DNA of 64,000 bases from Pirellulales bacterium (GCA_963733035.1 CAVTBU010000004.1:256001-320000); one strand, 5' to 3'. Shown: positions 19,715 through 28,421, counted from the first letter of the stretch. Numbers and translations are program-made. Notes: a model not told the origin generated them from the sequence alone.

Positions 19715-20847
19715 CTGGGCTCGCCTGCGTATTGATAGAGAACATAGCGTCGGCTCACAGTTCCTTTGTTGCTGTCGAGGCGACCGGATGGGTTTCCTTC
19801 ACGAATTAAACACAGGTTCGCCCGGCGAATCCCCCTTTGCAGGATCGCGTGGTAACATCGCCACGTCAGGGCACCCGCCACGCCAAAGCGACGATGATCG
19901 GCCAAGACGCCGACTGTTTTCATGTTCACTGCGTCGGCGGTTCGCCGGTTCAGCATAAAACGCAGCTTAGCCAGCGGTCCGTCTTTGCCGCGCATGGCCG
20001 AAACCGCGCGGTGATAGTCGACCATCGCGAACAAAAAGCCCACGGCCTCTCCCGCCGACGTCTCGGCGATCAACACGAGTGTCGGATCGATGAGCGAACG
20101 GACCGGTCGGTATAGCGCGAGAAAATCGGCCAGGCTGATTTCTTCGTAGAGAAAGTTGCCGGCAAAGATCTGTGTCGAAATCCGATAGATGATTTCAATC
20201 TCCTCCTCAAACCGGTCCATCACCAGGGGACGCAGGCGATACCCTCGGTCCAACACATCATCGTGGATCCTGGCCAGTCCGGCCGCGGCGGCCTCGATAT
20301 CTTCGATCCGAGTTGAATAATAGTTCTCTAGTGGTTCGAATCCGGCCCGTTGCCACAGGTCGCCGTAGTAGGGCCTGTTGTACGGCTCCATTAGAAAAGG
20401 AGGTTGACGGAACTGTCCGAGGTTAAATCGATACCGATGCCATGTGTCGCCGTCCATCGGTCCGACAATCGTTCGCACACCTCGCTTCATGAGCCAATCA
20501 ACGCCGGTTGTCAGTAGCTGACCAACCTCATTGGGAGCTTCGACCGCTTCGAAAAACCCCAACATGCCAACCGGCGCGTGATTCTCGTCAACCAGCACGG
20601 GTGAGATTCGGACAACCGTCCGAGCTAGCGTCCGCTTGCCGCTTCGCCACAGCAAAGCTCTTTGCCGTTCCGCAAAACGCTCGCGCAAGAGGCTTGCTCG
20701 CGTCTTGGCAAGCGGCTCGGCAATGTAATAGGGGTCATCCCGATAAATCGAACGCGGTAGCTCCAGAAAGGACTGCAAATCCTCCTCGGTGGCTAACGCG
20801 TCAATGATCACCGGTGACGACTCTTGAGACGCACGGCTCCAGAACAA
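19711..20847 (-). CDS. YghO-like tandem GNAT N-acyltransferase
   Basis: FLELPRSIYRDDP, GMLGFFEA, WL..RG...IVGP, PFLMEPYN.PYY, VGVLADHRRFGVAGAL acyl-CoA motif A; start uncertain. Confidence 0.78.
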   Translation of the reverse strand: MFWSRASQESSPVIIDALATEEDLQSFLELPRSIYRDDPYYIAEPLAKTRASLLRERFAERQRALLWRSGKRTLARTVVRISPVLVDENHAPVGMLGFFEAVEAPNEVGQLLTTGVDWLMKRGVRTIVGPMDGDTWHRYRFNLGQFRQPPFLMEPYNRPYYGDLWQRAGFEPLENYYSTRIEDIEAAAAGLARIHDDVLDRGYRLRPLVMDRFEEEIEIIYRISTQIFAGNFLYEEISLADFLALYRPVRSLIDPTLVLIAETSAGEAVGFLFAMVDYHRAVSAMRGKDGPLAKLRFMLNRRTADAVNMKTVGVLADHRRFGVAGALTWRCYHAILQRGIRRANLCLIREGNPSGRLDSNKGTVSRRYVLYQYAGEPR

Positions 20848-20988
20848 ACGGCAGCGATCATTCTAGTCTTGGATCCTCGTACTGGTAGGACATTTACTTC
20901 ACGACCCTATGCCAGATAGCCTTGGGTCGCCAGAGACTCTGGGTGTCATCGAAGATGGCGCCGGTACTGGTAGCCCATCTCCCGCCGC

Positions 20989-21157
20989 CTTGCACTCGCT
21001 TGCACTCGACTCACCGAATTCAACGAAATCGATACACTTGACGCGTTTGGTATGATTCAGTCGCGCGTTGAAAGGCAAGGACTTACGTCAGTTTCTCTGC
21101 GTTGATCACGTAGCTGGGGGTCAAGAGGTCGCAGGTTCAAATCCTGTCGCCCCGATT
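20989..21157 (+). repeat. 169-bp att-like repeat, copy 2
   Basis: Colinear with 9594-9762 at offset 11,395. Confidence 0.92.
21114..21155 (+). pseudogene. 3' half of tRNA-Pro(GGG); att core remnant
   Basis: CTGGGGGTCAAGAGGTCGCAGGTTCAAATCCTGTCGCCCCGA; 5' half absent. Confidence 0.88.
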
Positions 21158-21337
21158 TCATATTTCTTAAGTGATTATTATTAAATGACTTACGATGATG
21201 CGAGCTTCGGGCGGTTTTCCTGTCGCCCTTACGTTCTTGATGCCCGCTGTGCCGGCCGAAAACGATTGTTGGGCTGAGTTTACGCGATGCGCTGCGCGCT
21301 CACTCACGCAGCACAACGATTCTCTAGCCGCGAAAAA

Positions 21338-21357
21338 TGCAGCGCATTTGCAGCGCG
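21338..21357 (+). repeat. 20-bp direct repeat (arm-type-like), copy 1
   Basis: TGCAGCGCATTTGCAGCGCG, identical to 25578-25597. Confidence 0.85.
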
Positions 21358-21448
21358 ACAATCGGACGTAAGCGTTTCTGCAACGACGCCCTAGTCACTG
21401 CCCTACGTCCGGATTCGGAATTCCCTGAGAGATCACAAGCTTCCTCTC

Positions 21449-21476
21449 TTGACAAACTGTTAGTTGCATATACAAT
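21449..21476 (+). promoter_or_regulatory. Sigma70-type promoter of marR overlapped by a palindromic operator
   Basis: TTGACA(21449)-16 nt-TACAAT(21471); GTTGCATATACAA near-palindrome overlaps the -10. Confidence 0.7.
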
Positions 21477-21518
21477 CAAACCAGGGGGCATGAAGTGGGA
21501 GCCGACCATATCCAAGCG

Positions 21519-21950
21519 ATGATTGACAAGGTCGCCAGCGAGTGCGTTGCCGTTCGGCTGCGCATGCTGAATCGCGTCGTCACGAACATCTACGATGACG
21601 CGCTGCGGTCGCTTGACCTTAAGGTGAGCCAGATGAACATTCTGGTCGCCGCCGCCAAGATGGGAACGGCTCGCCCCGTTGAAGTTTGCGAGCATCTCCA
21701 TCTCGATGTTTCGACTCTCAGCCGCAACGTCGAACGAATGAAGGCACGTGGCTGGCTGGAAGTGGTGCCCGACGAGGACGGCCGCTCGCAGCCTTTCCGT
21801 CTGACACCGCAGGGGCGCAAGCTGCTGGAAAAGGCGCTCCCGGCCTGGAGCGCGGCGCAACAGCAGGTCAAGAAGGTTTTAGGAGACGGGTTCGTAGAGC
21901 AGTTGGACCAAGCCATGAAGCGGTTCAACAAGAGTGCCGCAGCGAGCTGA
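21519..21950 (+). CDS. MarR family winged-helix regulator
   Basis: ECVAVRLR...VTNIYDDAL, SQMNILV, LHLDVSTLSRNVERM...GWL, LTPQG; start at ATG 21519 or GTG 21495. Confidence 0.9.
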   Translation: MIDKVASECVAVRLRMLNRVVTNIYDDALRSLDLKVSQMNILVAAAKMGTARPVEVCEHLHLDVSTLSRNVERMKARGWLEVVPDEDGRSQPFRLTPQGRKLLEKALPAWSAAQQQVKKVLGDGFVEQLDQAMKRFNKSAAAS

Positions 21951-21965
21951 TTTTTTTTCGCGATG

Positions 21966-21981
21966 TAGTTGTATGTACAAC
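21966..21981. promoter_or_regulatory. Second putative MarR operator, immediately before the RBS of the fusion enzyme
   Basis: TAGTTGTATGTACAAC versus TAGTTGCATATACAA at 21461-21475. Confidence 0.65.
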
Positions 21982-21992
21982 AAGGAGCGGCC

Positions 21993-24455
21993 ATGAAGCT
22001 CGAAGATCATCCGACAGTGCAGCGGATTCGCCTCAAGACCGCACCTTCCGTTCCGCCCACCAAGGAGTCGCTGGATGCCGGATGGCTCAAGCAACTCGTC
22101 CTCGATGCCGGCGCTGTTGACGTGGGGTTTGTCGAAATTGGTAGACCCGCCTTGGACGATCAGCGGGAAGACATACTCAAGGCGTTCCCCCACACCAAGA
22201 CCCTAATCAGCTTCGTGGTTCGCATGAACCGAGAGGCGATTCGGACACCGGCTCGCTCGGTTTCCAACCTCGAATTCCACCATAGCGGAGAGGAGGTCAA
22301 TCACATTGCGCGGAGCGTGGTTCAGACTCTGGAAGACCGGGGAATTCGCGCCATGAACCCCGCGATGGGCTTCCCGATGGAAATGGGGCGGTTCCCCGGC
22401 AAGGTTTGGATCGTATCCCACAAGCCAGTCGCGGTGGCAGCGGGGCTTGGCATGATGGGCATTCACCGCAACGTGATCCATGAAAAGTTCGGCAATTTCA
22501 TTCTGCTTGGGACGATCCTGTTGGAAGCCGAGGTTTCAGAGTTCAGCCGGCCGATCGACTACAACCCATGCCTGGAATGCAAACTGTGCGTGGCCGCATG
22601 TCCTGTAGGGGCCATCTCGCCGGAAGGCAATTTCAACTTCTCGGCCTGCTATACCCACAACTACCGCGAGTTCATGGGCGGCTTCACCGATTGGGTCGAG
22701 CAAGTGGCTGACAGCAAGAACTCCCGCGACTACCGTAGCCGGGTCAGCGATGCGGAGTCGGCATCGATGTGGCAGAGTCTTTCCTACGGGGCGAACTACA
22801 AGGCCGCGTATTGCCTGGCGGTCTGCCCGGCTGGAGAAGATGTGATTGGGCCGTTCCTTGCTGATCGGAAGGCCTATCTCAATGAAATCGTACGGCCCCT
22901 TCAAGAGAAGGAGGAGACGATTTACGTCACTAAAAACTCCGACGCCGAGGATCATGTCGCCAAACGGTTTCCCCACAAAACAATCAAGCATGTCGGCAAT
23001 AGCCTGCGGCCAAACTCCATCGAGGTTTTTCTTAACAGAATGCCGAACGCATTCCAGCCAGGCAAGTCGACCGGATTGAACGCTACGTACCACTTCACCT
23101 TCACGGGCCATGAACAGCGGCAGGCAACGGTCGTGATTCGGGACCAGAAACTCAGCGTGTACGAGGCGCATGTCGGACAGCCCGATCTGCACGTGACCGC
23201 TGACTCACAAACGTGGATCGGCTTTTTGAGGAACGAACGAAACGTCGTATGGGCCATTCTCCGGCGGAAGATTCGGCTCGCTGGCCCACTCAAACTGCTG
23301 GTCGCGTTCGGAAAGTGCTTCCCGAGCGCAGGTGGCCGACAGGAGCTGGTCGAGTTCGTACCGCAACCCTCCAAACTCAGGGGCGGGCCTGCGCCCTACG
23401 TGAAAAATGACCCAGTTACCCGAGAAACCCGCTGGCGTGGCAAGTTCACGCTCTCGGAGGTTGTTGACGAGACTCCCGAGGTGAAGACCTTCCGCTTCGT
23501 TCCTCCTAGTGGCGGGGCAATCCCCTTCGAGTACCTGCCTGGCCAGTTCGTGACGCTCCACGTTGCGCCTCGGGGCATACCGACCAAACGTTCCTATACG
23601 ATCGCGTCGTCGCCCACATGGCGCGACCGGATCGAGATCACGGTGAAACGCGAAGGTCAGGGACTAGTCTCGCGGTGGTTGCACGACGAACTGAAGATCG
23701 GGGACGAGGTCGAGATCGAAGCGCCGAATGGGACCTTCACCTTCAACGGCAATGAGGCGGACCGAGTGGTACTGATCGGCGGCGGCGTAGGAATTACGCC
23801 TCTGATGAGCGTAGTGCGTTATCTCACCGCGACGAACTGGCCGGGCAAGATGCACTTAATTCTCGGCTTTCGGTCGCCGCGAGACTTCATTTTTCGAGAG
23901 GAACTGGCCGAACTCCAGGCACGCAACTCCAATCTCAGCGTCACGATCACCATGAGCGGTCCGGAAGACGAGCCGTGGTCGGGGCGCGTCAGGCGAATCG
24001 ATGCGACCCTGCTCACTTCGACCGTGCCTGAACTCGCGACACATCGCGTGCATGTATGCGGGCCACCGCCAATGATGGACGCAGTCAAGACTGCGCTCGT
24101 TTCGCTCGGCGTCCCCCATGCTCAAGTCAACACCGAGGCGTTCGGAACGATCAAACGCGATCCCTCCGCAAAGGATGCCGGATCAACGGAGATCGCGGGC
24201 AAGGCTTTCTTCCGGGCTTCCGGCGTGACCGCACCGGTTCCGGTCGATGCAACGATACTCGACGCGGCCGATACGGCCGGCGTCGTCATCGACAACGCCT
24301 GCCGTTCCGGCACATGCGCATCCTGCCGCGTCAAGCTGGTCTCGGGCCAGGTGACGATGGCCGTCGAGGATGCGCTGACCGATCAAGACAGAGTCGAGGG
24401 TTACATCTTGGCCTGCCAGGCCAAGATCCAGGGCGATATTGAAGTCGACGCTTGA
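21993..24455 (+). CDS. QueG/reductive-dehalogenase-like 4Fe-4S domain + SCP2 + FAD/NAD(P)H FNR + 2Fe-2S ferredoxin fusion
   Basis: SHKPVAVAAGLG..G, CLECKLCVAACP, YCLAVCP; SCP2-like YHFTFTG...PDLHVTADS; RSYTIAS, GGGVGITP, VCGP, TEAF; CRSGTCASC...LACQ; AAGGAG RBS. Confidence 0.85.
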   Translation: MKLEDHPTVQRIRLKTAPSVPPTKESLDAGWLKQLVLDAGAVDVGFVEIGRPALDDQREDILKAFPHTKTLISFVVRMNREAIRTPARSVSNLEFHHSGEEVNHIARSVVQTLEDRGIRAMNPAMGFPMEMGRFPGKVWIVSHKPVAVAAGLGMMGIHRNVIHEKFGNFILLGTILLEAEVSEFSRPIDYNPCLECKLCVAACPVGAISPEGNFNFSACYTHNYREFMGGFTDWVEQVADSKNSRDYRSRVSDAESASMWQSLSYGANYKAAYCLAVCPAGEDVIGPFLADRKAYLNEIVRPLQEKEETIYVTKNSDAEDHVAKRFPHKTIKHVGNSLRPNSIEVFLNRMPNAFQPGKSTGLNATYHFTFTGHEQRQATVVIRDQKLSVYEAHVGQPDLHVTADSQTWIGFLRNERNVVWAILRRKIRLAGPLKLLVAFGKCFPSAGGRQELVEFVPQPSKLRGGPAPYVKNDPVTRETRWRGKFTLSEVVDETPEVKTFRFVPPSGGAIPFEYLPGQFVTLHVAPRGIPTKRSYTIASSPTWRDRIEITVKREGQGLVSRWLHDELKIGDEVEIEAPNGTFTFNGNEADRVVLIGGGVGITPLMSVVRYLTATNWPGKMHLILGFRSPRDFIFREELAELQARNSNLSVTITMSGPEDEPWSGRVRRIDATLLTSTVPELATHRVHVCGPPPMMDAVKTALVSLGVPHAQVNTEAFGTIKRDPSAKDAGSTEIAGKAFFRASGVTAPVPVDATILDAADTAGVVIDNACRSGTCASCRVKLVSGQVTMAVEDALTDQDRVEGYILACQAKIQGDIEVDA

Positions 24456-24466
24456 GGGGGTAGTTC

Positions 24467-25451
24467 ATGGGGTTCGGATTATTCGCCCTTGCGTTCGTTG
24501 GCTCAGCCGTCGGACTGTGGCTCGTATCCCAGGTCACGGAAGCGCTGCGCCCCGTCCCGCAAACACCCGAGACCCTGCGCTGGGCTCCGAATATCCCGAT
24601 CGGCTACCTTGATATCGGCGGCTGCAAACTTCGTTACATCAAGGCCGGCCGGGGGCCGAATCTCGTGCTCCTCCACACCCTGCGCACCCAACTCGATCTC
24701 TTCGAGAAGGTCGTGCCGGAACTGGCTCGCCAGTTCACAGTCTACGCGCTCGATTATCCCGGCCACGGTTATTCGGACATTCCCGAAGCGCAGTACGATG
24801 CCGAATTCTTCGCCCAGTCCGTCGCGAAGTTCCTCGATGTCCTCGATCTTCACGACGTGACGCTCAGCGGTGTGTCCATCGGCGGCGCAGTCGCCCTGAT
24901 TTTGGCCGGCCAGCGAAACCCGCGAATTGCCCGGGTGGTGGCGATCAACCCGTACGACTACGCCAAGGGTCGCGGGATGGCGCGCAGCTCGCCATTGGGG
25001 TGGCTGATCACAGCAGCCTCGGACATTCCCCTAGTCGGTGAAACGATCATGCGCTTGAGAAATTTCGCGATCATGCGGGCCGTTCTCCAGGGTGGCGTCG
25101 CGAATCGCGAGAGCATCCCGCGCGCTTCTCAAGGAAATGTACCTCGTTGGCAATCGGCGCGGCCATTACCGAGCCTTTATCCGCTTGCTGCGTCAGTCGG
25201 CGAGCTGGGAAAAAGCCACCGAATCGTACAAAAACATCAGTCTCCCGGTGCATCTCGTCTGGGGCAACAAAGATTGGGCCAGGCCCGACGAGCGCGAGCA
25301 CGATCGCAGCCTGATTCCGAGGGCCGAGATGCACACCGTGGAAAATGGCGGGCACTTCTTACCGCTCGATCGGCCGGATGCCGTGGTCGATCTTCACAAA
25401 CGCATCGGGGCTGGTTCCGACGGATGTTCCGGCGGCAAAATCATCGACTAA
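24467..25451 (+). CDS. Alpha/beta fold hydrolase with N-terminal TM/signal segment, one frameshift near 25125
   Basis: LVLLHT, YALDYPGHGYS, GVSIGG nucleophile elbow; second frame LVWGNKDW...GGHFLPLDRP. Confidence 0.82.
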
Positions 25452-25577
25452 CTCTGAGAGTGCACTAATGCAACTACGGCGTTGCGAATTGCATCCGGCA
25501 AGCGGTTCCAGCCGCTAATCACGCCCTGCAGATCAGCGTCATTCAATGCCGATTCGAGCCATTTGAGGCGACCCGTT

Positions 25578-25597
25578 TGCAGCGCATTTGCAGCGCG
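25578..25597 (+). repeat. 20-bp direct repeat (arm-type-like), copy 2
   Basis: Identical to 21338-21357. Confidence 0.85.
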
Positions 25598-25654
25598 GCA
25601 CATATCGCAATCGGTGTAACCGCAAGCGCCACAATCGGTTGACAAAAAATCAGG

Positions 25655-25680
25655 CGCAGGTTCAAATCCAGTCGCCCCGA
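25655..25680 (+). pseudogene. Short tRNA-Pro 3' end (T-arm plus acceptor strand); att remnant
   Basis: CGCAGGTTCAAATCCAGTCGCCCCGA, identical to the last 26 nt of the 9719 copy. Confidence 0.8.
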
Positions 25681-25847
25681 TTTTGACAATACCCGACAAC
25701 TACTGACAAACTGCGTCGAAACCCATGCAACCGCGATGGTTTTGTCGTTTCTGGTTCGAGACAACGTTGCCATTCAGAGACACCGAATAGCCCGATGGGC
25801 AACCTGCGTAGCGAGAATCGCGTTTGTCGACGCGCTCCCGCGAATGT

Positions 25848-27200
25848 CTAGGGCGTGGCCGGTTCGTACTGGGAGTTTTCCTCGCTTGCGAGCTTGAGCA
25901 TACCGAGCAAGGTTTCCTCGTCGTGGGCCGACTGGCGGAGCGGTAGATCGAACTCCTGCTGTATCAAAAGTCGTAGGCTGGGCACCGACCGCGCCAACGA
26001 ACCGGAGAGCACGATCTGGCTCCAGGAACGAACGGGGTCAAGTCGCGCCGCACAGCGGGCATAGTTTTCGGCCATCGAGCGAAAGGCCGCACAGAATAGC
26101 CGTCCCACTGTCAAGTTCTCGGTGGTGATGCCGGTAATGCTCCCGGTCGAACCCTGTGGCACGGCAAAGAAGGATAGATCCACGGCGAGTTCAGCCGTCG
26201 AACCTTCATTCGACGATTGTTCGGCGGCGTCCGTTAGCCGCGAAATCGTGTTCCACGCGCCTTGGACTTTGACGCCTTCTTCGAGCGCGATTTCCGTCAG
26301 CAGTTGAACAAGCACGTTCAACGAGCGTCCGGCTGGCAGATGTGAAATCGTTTGTAGCAAATCACCGCAGAAATAGGGGCGCGTTTGAAAATCCCCGTAC
26401 CGCAGGCTGTCCGTACGGCGACTGACCTGTGATCCCGTTGATATATTGATGGAAAGCTGACCGCGCTGAAGCCCCACGCCAAACAGTGCACACTGCTGAT
26501 CACCATAGGAACCGTAAACGCTCAGCTTTCGATTGCCAATTGTGCTCCATCCAATCGGTTCGATCGAGCGCACAAGTTGGGGCCAGGCCAGTTGGTCTAT
26601 GCCGAGTCGTTCAAATGCCTCACGATGCCAGTTGAGCGACGTCAGGTCGAGCAGACCGACCGCCTGGGTCGGGTGCATATGACCGGGTGTCGAACACAAG
26701 CGGCTGATGAAGTAGTCGGCTACCGTGACTGGCGTGGCATGCCGCGGTAGCACATCGTGCTCGCTGAGCCAATGCAGCAGCGCCAGGGTTGAGCCGGCTT
26801 GAAGTTCACGGCCAAGCGACTGGAACACACCCTCGTCCAACCGCTCGCGCAGCCGCTCTAAGAACGTATGCGATTGGTCTCCGCCAGCTTGTGTCCGCTG
26901 ATCTTGCCACGAAAGGTAGTTCGTAAGTGGCTGGCCGCGCCGGTCGAGAAGTATCAGGCCGCCCATCTGCCCAGCGACAAATAGCCGCTCGGCATCCGGG
27001 GCAAAGGCCAAGAGCGATTCGACGACGCCGCGCGCTACGCCTTCAATCTCGTGGGGATCGACTTCGAAGTGCAGTGCAGGCAGCCCGGCGCGTCGCGCGG
27101 GAAACGGAGCGGTCGAAATATGGCTGATATCGCGCTTGGCGACATCGAGGACGGCTCCTTTGATTGTTGACGAGCCAATGTCGAGTGCAACGCATTGCAT
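25848..27200 (-). CDS. FGGY family carbohydrate kinase (sedoheptulokinase-like)
   Basis: ALDIGSSTIK, GQMGG, SWQDQR, GDQQCA, NISTGSQVS, GRSLN. Confidence 0.82.
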   Translation of the reverse strand: MQCVALDIGSSTIKGAVLDVAKRDISHISTAPFPARRAGLPALHFEVDPHEIEGVARGVVESLLAFAPDAERLFVAGQMGGLILLDRRGQPLTNYLSWQDQRTQAGGDQSHTFLERLRERLDEGVFQSLGRELQAGSTLALLHWLSEHDVLPRHATPVTVADYFISRLCSTPGHMHPTQAVGLLDLTSLNWHREAFERLGIDQLAWPQLVRSIEPIGWSTIGNRKLSVYGSYGDQQCALFGVGLQRGQLSINISTGSQVSRRTDSLRYGDFQTRPYFCGDLLQTISHLPAGRSLNVLVQLLTEIALEEGVKVQGAWNTISRLTDAAEQSSNEGSTAELAVDLSFFAVPQGSTGSITGITTENLTVGRLFCAAFRSMAENYARCAARLDPVRSWSQIVLSGSLARSVPSLRLLIQQEFDLPLRQSAHDEETLLGMLKLASEENSQYEPATP

Positions 27201-27459
27201 CGCGATTCCGCCAGCAGAGTACGCACGCTTGAAGCGAGCAGACGACGATCGCTGAATTCAGGCGAACGCCCCTTCGCCGAGCCGACGACGCGACCGATTG
27301 ACGCCCGTCAGATTATCAGATAATTTACTGCTCCCAGGCTATCGACGCAAGCGACGACTGCCGATGGCCCAGTTCGGTGCAGTTGGGCGTCATGCACCTT
27401 CGTAGGAGTCGTAGCGAAACGAACGCGAACTTTGATTCTCTGTTGTTTGGATTTACGCA

Positions 27460-28421
27460 ATGCGGATAGTTGCCGTCACGGATTACACATTCGACGCGCT
27501 TGATATCGAAACCGATATTCTGCGACCGATCGGCGTCGAACTGCGCAGCGGGCAGTGCAAAACGCCTGAAGCGCTGATCGCGCTGGTCGCCGACGCGGAT
27601 GCAGTAATCACCCAGTTCGCACCGATTTCCGCAGAGGTCATCGGAGCGATGAAGAAAGCACGCGTCATCGTGCGTTATGGCGTTGGCGTTGACAATGTCG
27701 ATCTCGAAGCCGCGCGTGCGTGCAAAATACCAGTCTGCAACGTGCCGGCATTTTGTGTTGACGAGGTTGCGGATCACACGTTGGCGCTGCATGCTTGCCG
27801 CCACTCGATCACTGCTGTCAAATGTCATTCACGTCCGCACCGGGAAGTGGGGATTGGCGGTGCCGCTCTCCGAGATGCGAACCTTAAAAGACATGACCGT
27901 CGGCATCGTTGGATTCGGCAGAATCGGCGCAGCGGTGGCTACGCGCTTCAGCGCCGTTCAGGTGCCGGCGATTGGTCTTCGATCCGGCGGTGCCTGAGTC
28001 CGCGATTGTATCCTCGGGCTGTCAGTCCGTTTCATTGGAATCGCTGCTGGCGGATTCGGATATTGTGACGTTACACTGCCCATCAAACGCGCATACTCGT
28101 GGGCTTCTGAACCCCAACACGACCTCGCGATTAAAGCGAGGGGCGATTGTGGTCAATGTGGCGCGGGGAGACGTCATTGATACCGCATCGTTGATCAGCG
28201 CATTGCGCTCGGGCCAAATTGGCGCTGCGGCTCTTGATGTCTGCGACCCCGAACCGATACCCGCCGATAGCCCGCTACGATCGCTGCCGAACGTTCTGGT
28301 AACTTCGCACATCGCATCGGCGAGCGTGACGGCGGTCCGCAATCTGCGCGAGACGGCCGCGAGACTCGCAGTTGCGGCGCTGCAGGGTGAAGCAATTCCG
28401 AACATTGTTAATGGACTCTAG
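27460..28421 (+). CDS. D-isomer-specific 2-hydroxyacid dehydrogenase (SerA/CtBP-like), two +1 frameshifts near 27790 and 27950
   Basis: RYGVGVDNVD, EVADHT in frame 1; VGIVGFGRIG in frame 2; TLHCP, VNVARG, ALDV..PEP, TSHIA in frame 3. Confidence 0.85.

Larger units (their letters stand above)
9761..21155. mobile_element. Island A: tRNA-Pro-integrated cassette without an integrase gene, carrying the seven-gene biosynthetic cluster
   Basis: Bounded by direct tRNA-Pro 3' halves 11,395 bp apart; TTGCACT-type tandem repeats just inside both ends (9794-9811, 20990-21006). Confidence 0.7.
21156..25680. mobile_element. Island B: tRNA-Pro-integrated cassette (MarR, redox fusion enzyme, hydrolase), no integrase
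   Basis: tRNA-Pro 3' fragments at both ends; identical 20-bp TGCAGCGCATTTGCAGCGCG near both ends. Confidence 0.65.
25448..25699 (-). other. Small ORF spanning the att fragment (Cys-rich, with a DADL..VI..W..LP.AIR..V.ALV helix)
   Basis: 83-aa ORF; GATGFEP is the antisense reading of the tRNA T-arm; coding status uncertain. Confidence 0.35.

Noticed and set aside
21490..21522. Sixth frameshift joining an upstream ATG (MKWEPTISK) to marR
   Set aside because: In-frame GTG and ATG starts already give a complete MarR; this cannot be decided without homolog alignment
21993..24455. Housekeeping queG
   Set aside because: The extra SCP2/FNR/ferredoxin domains, altered Cys pattern, MarR control and island location argue against it
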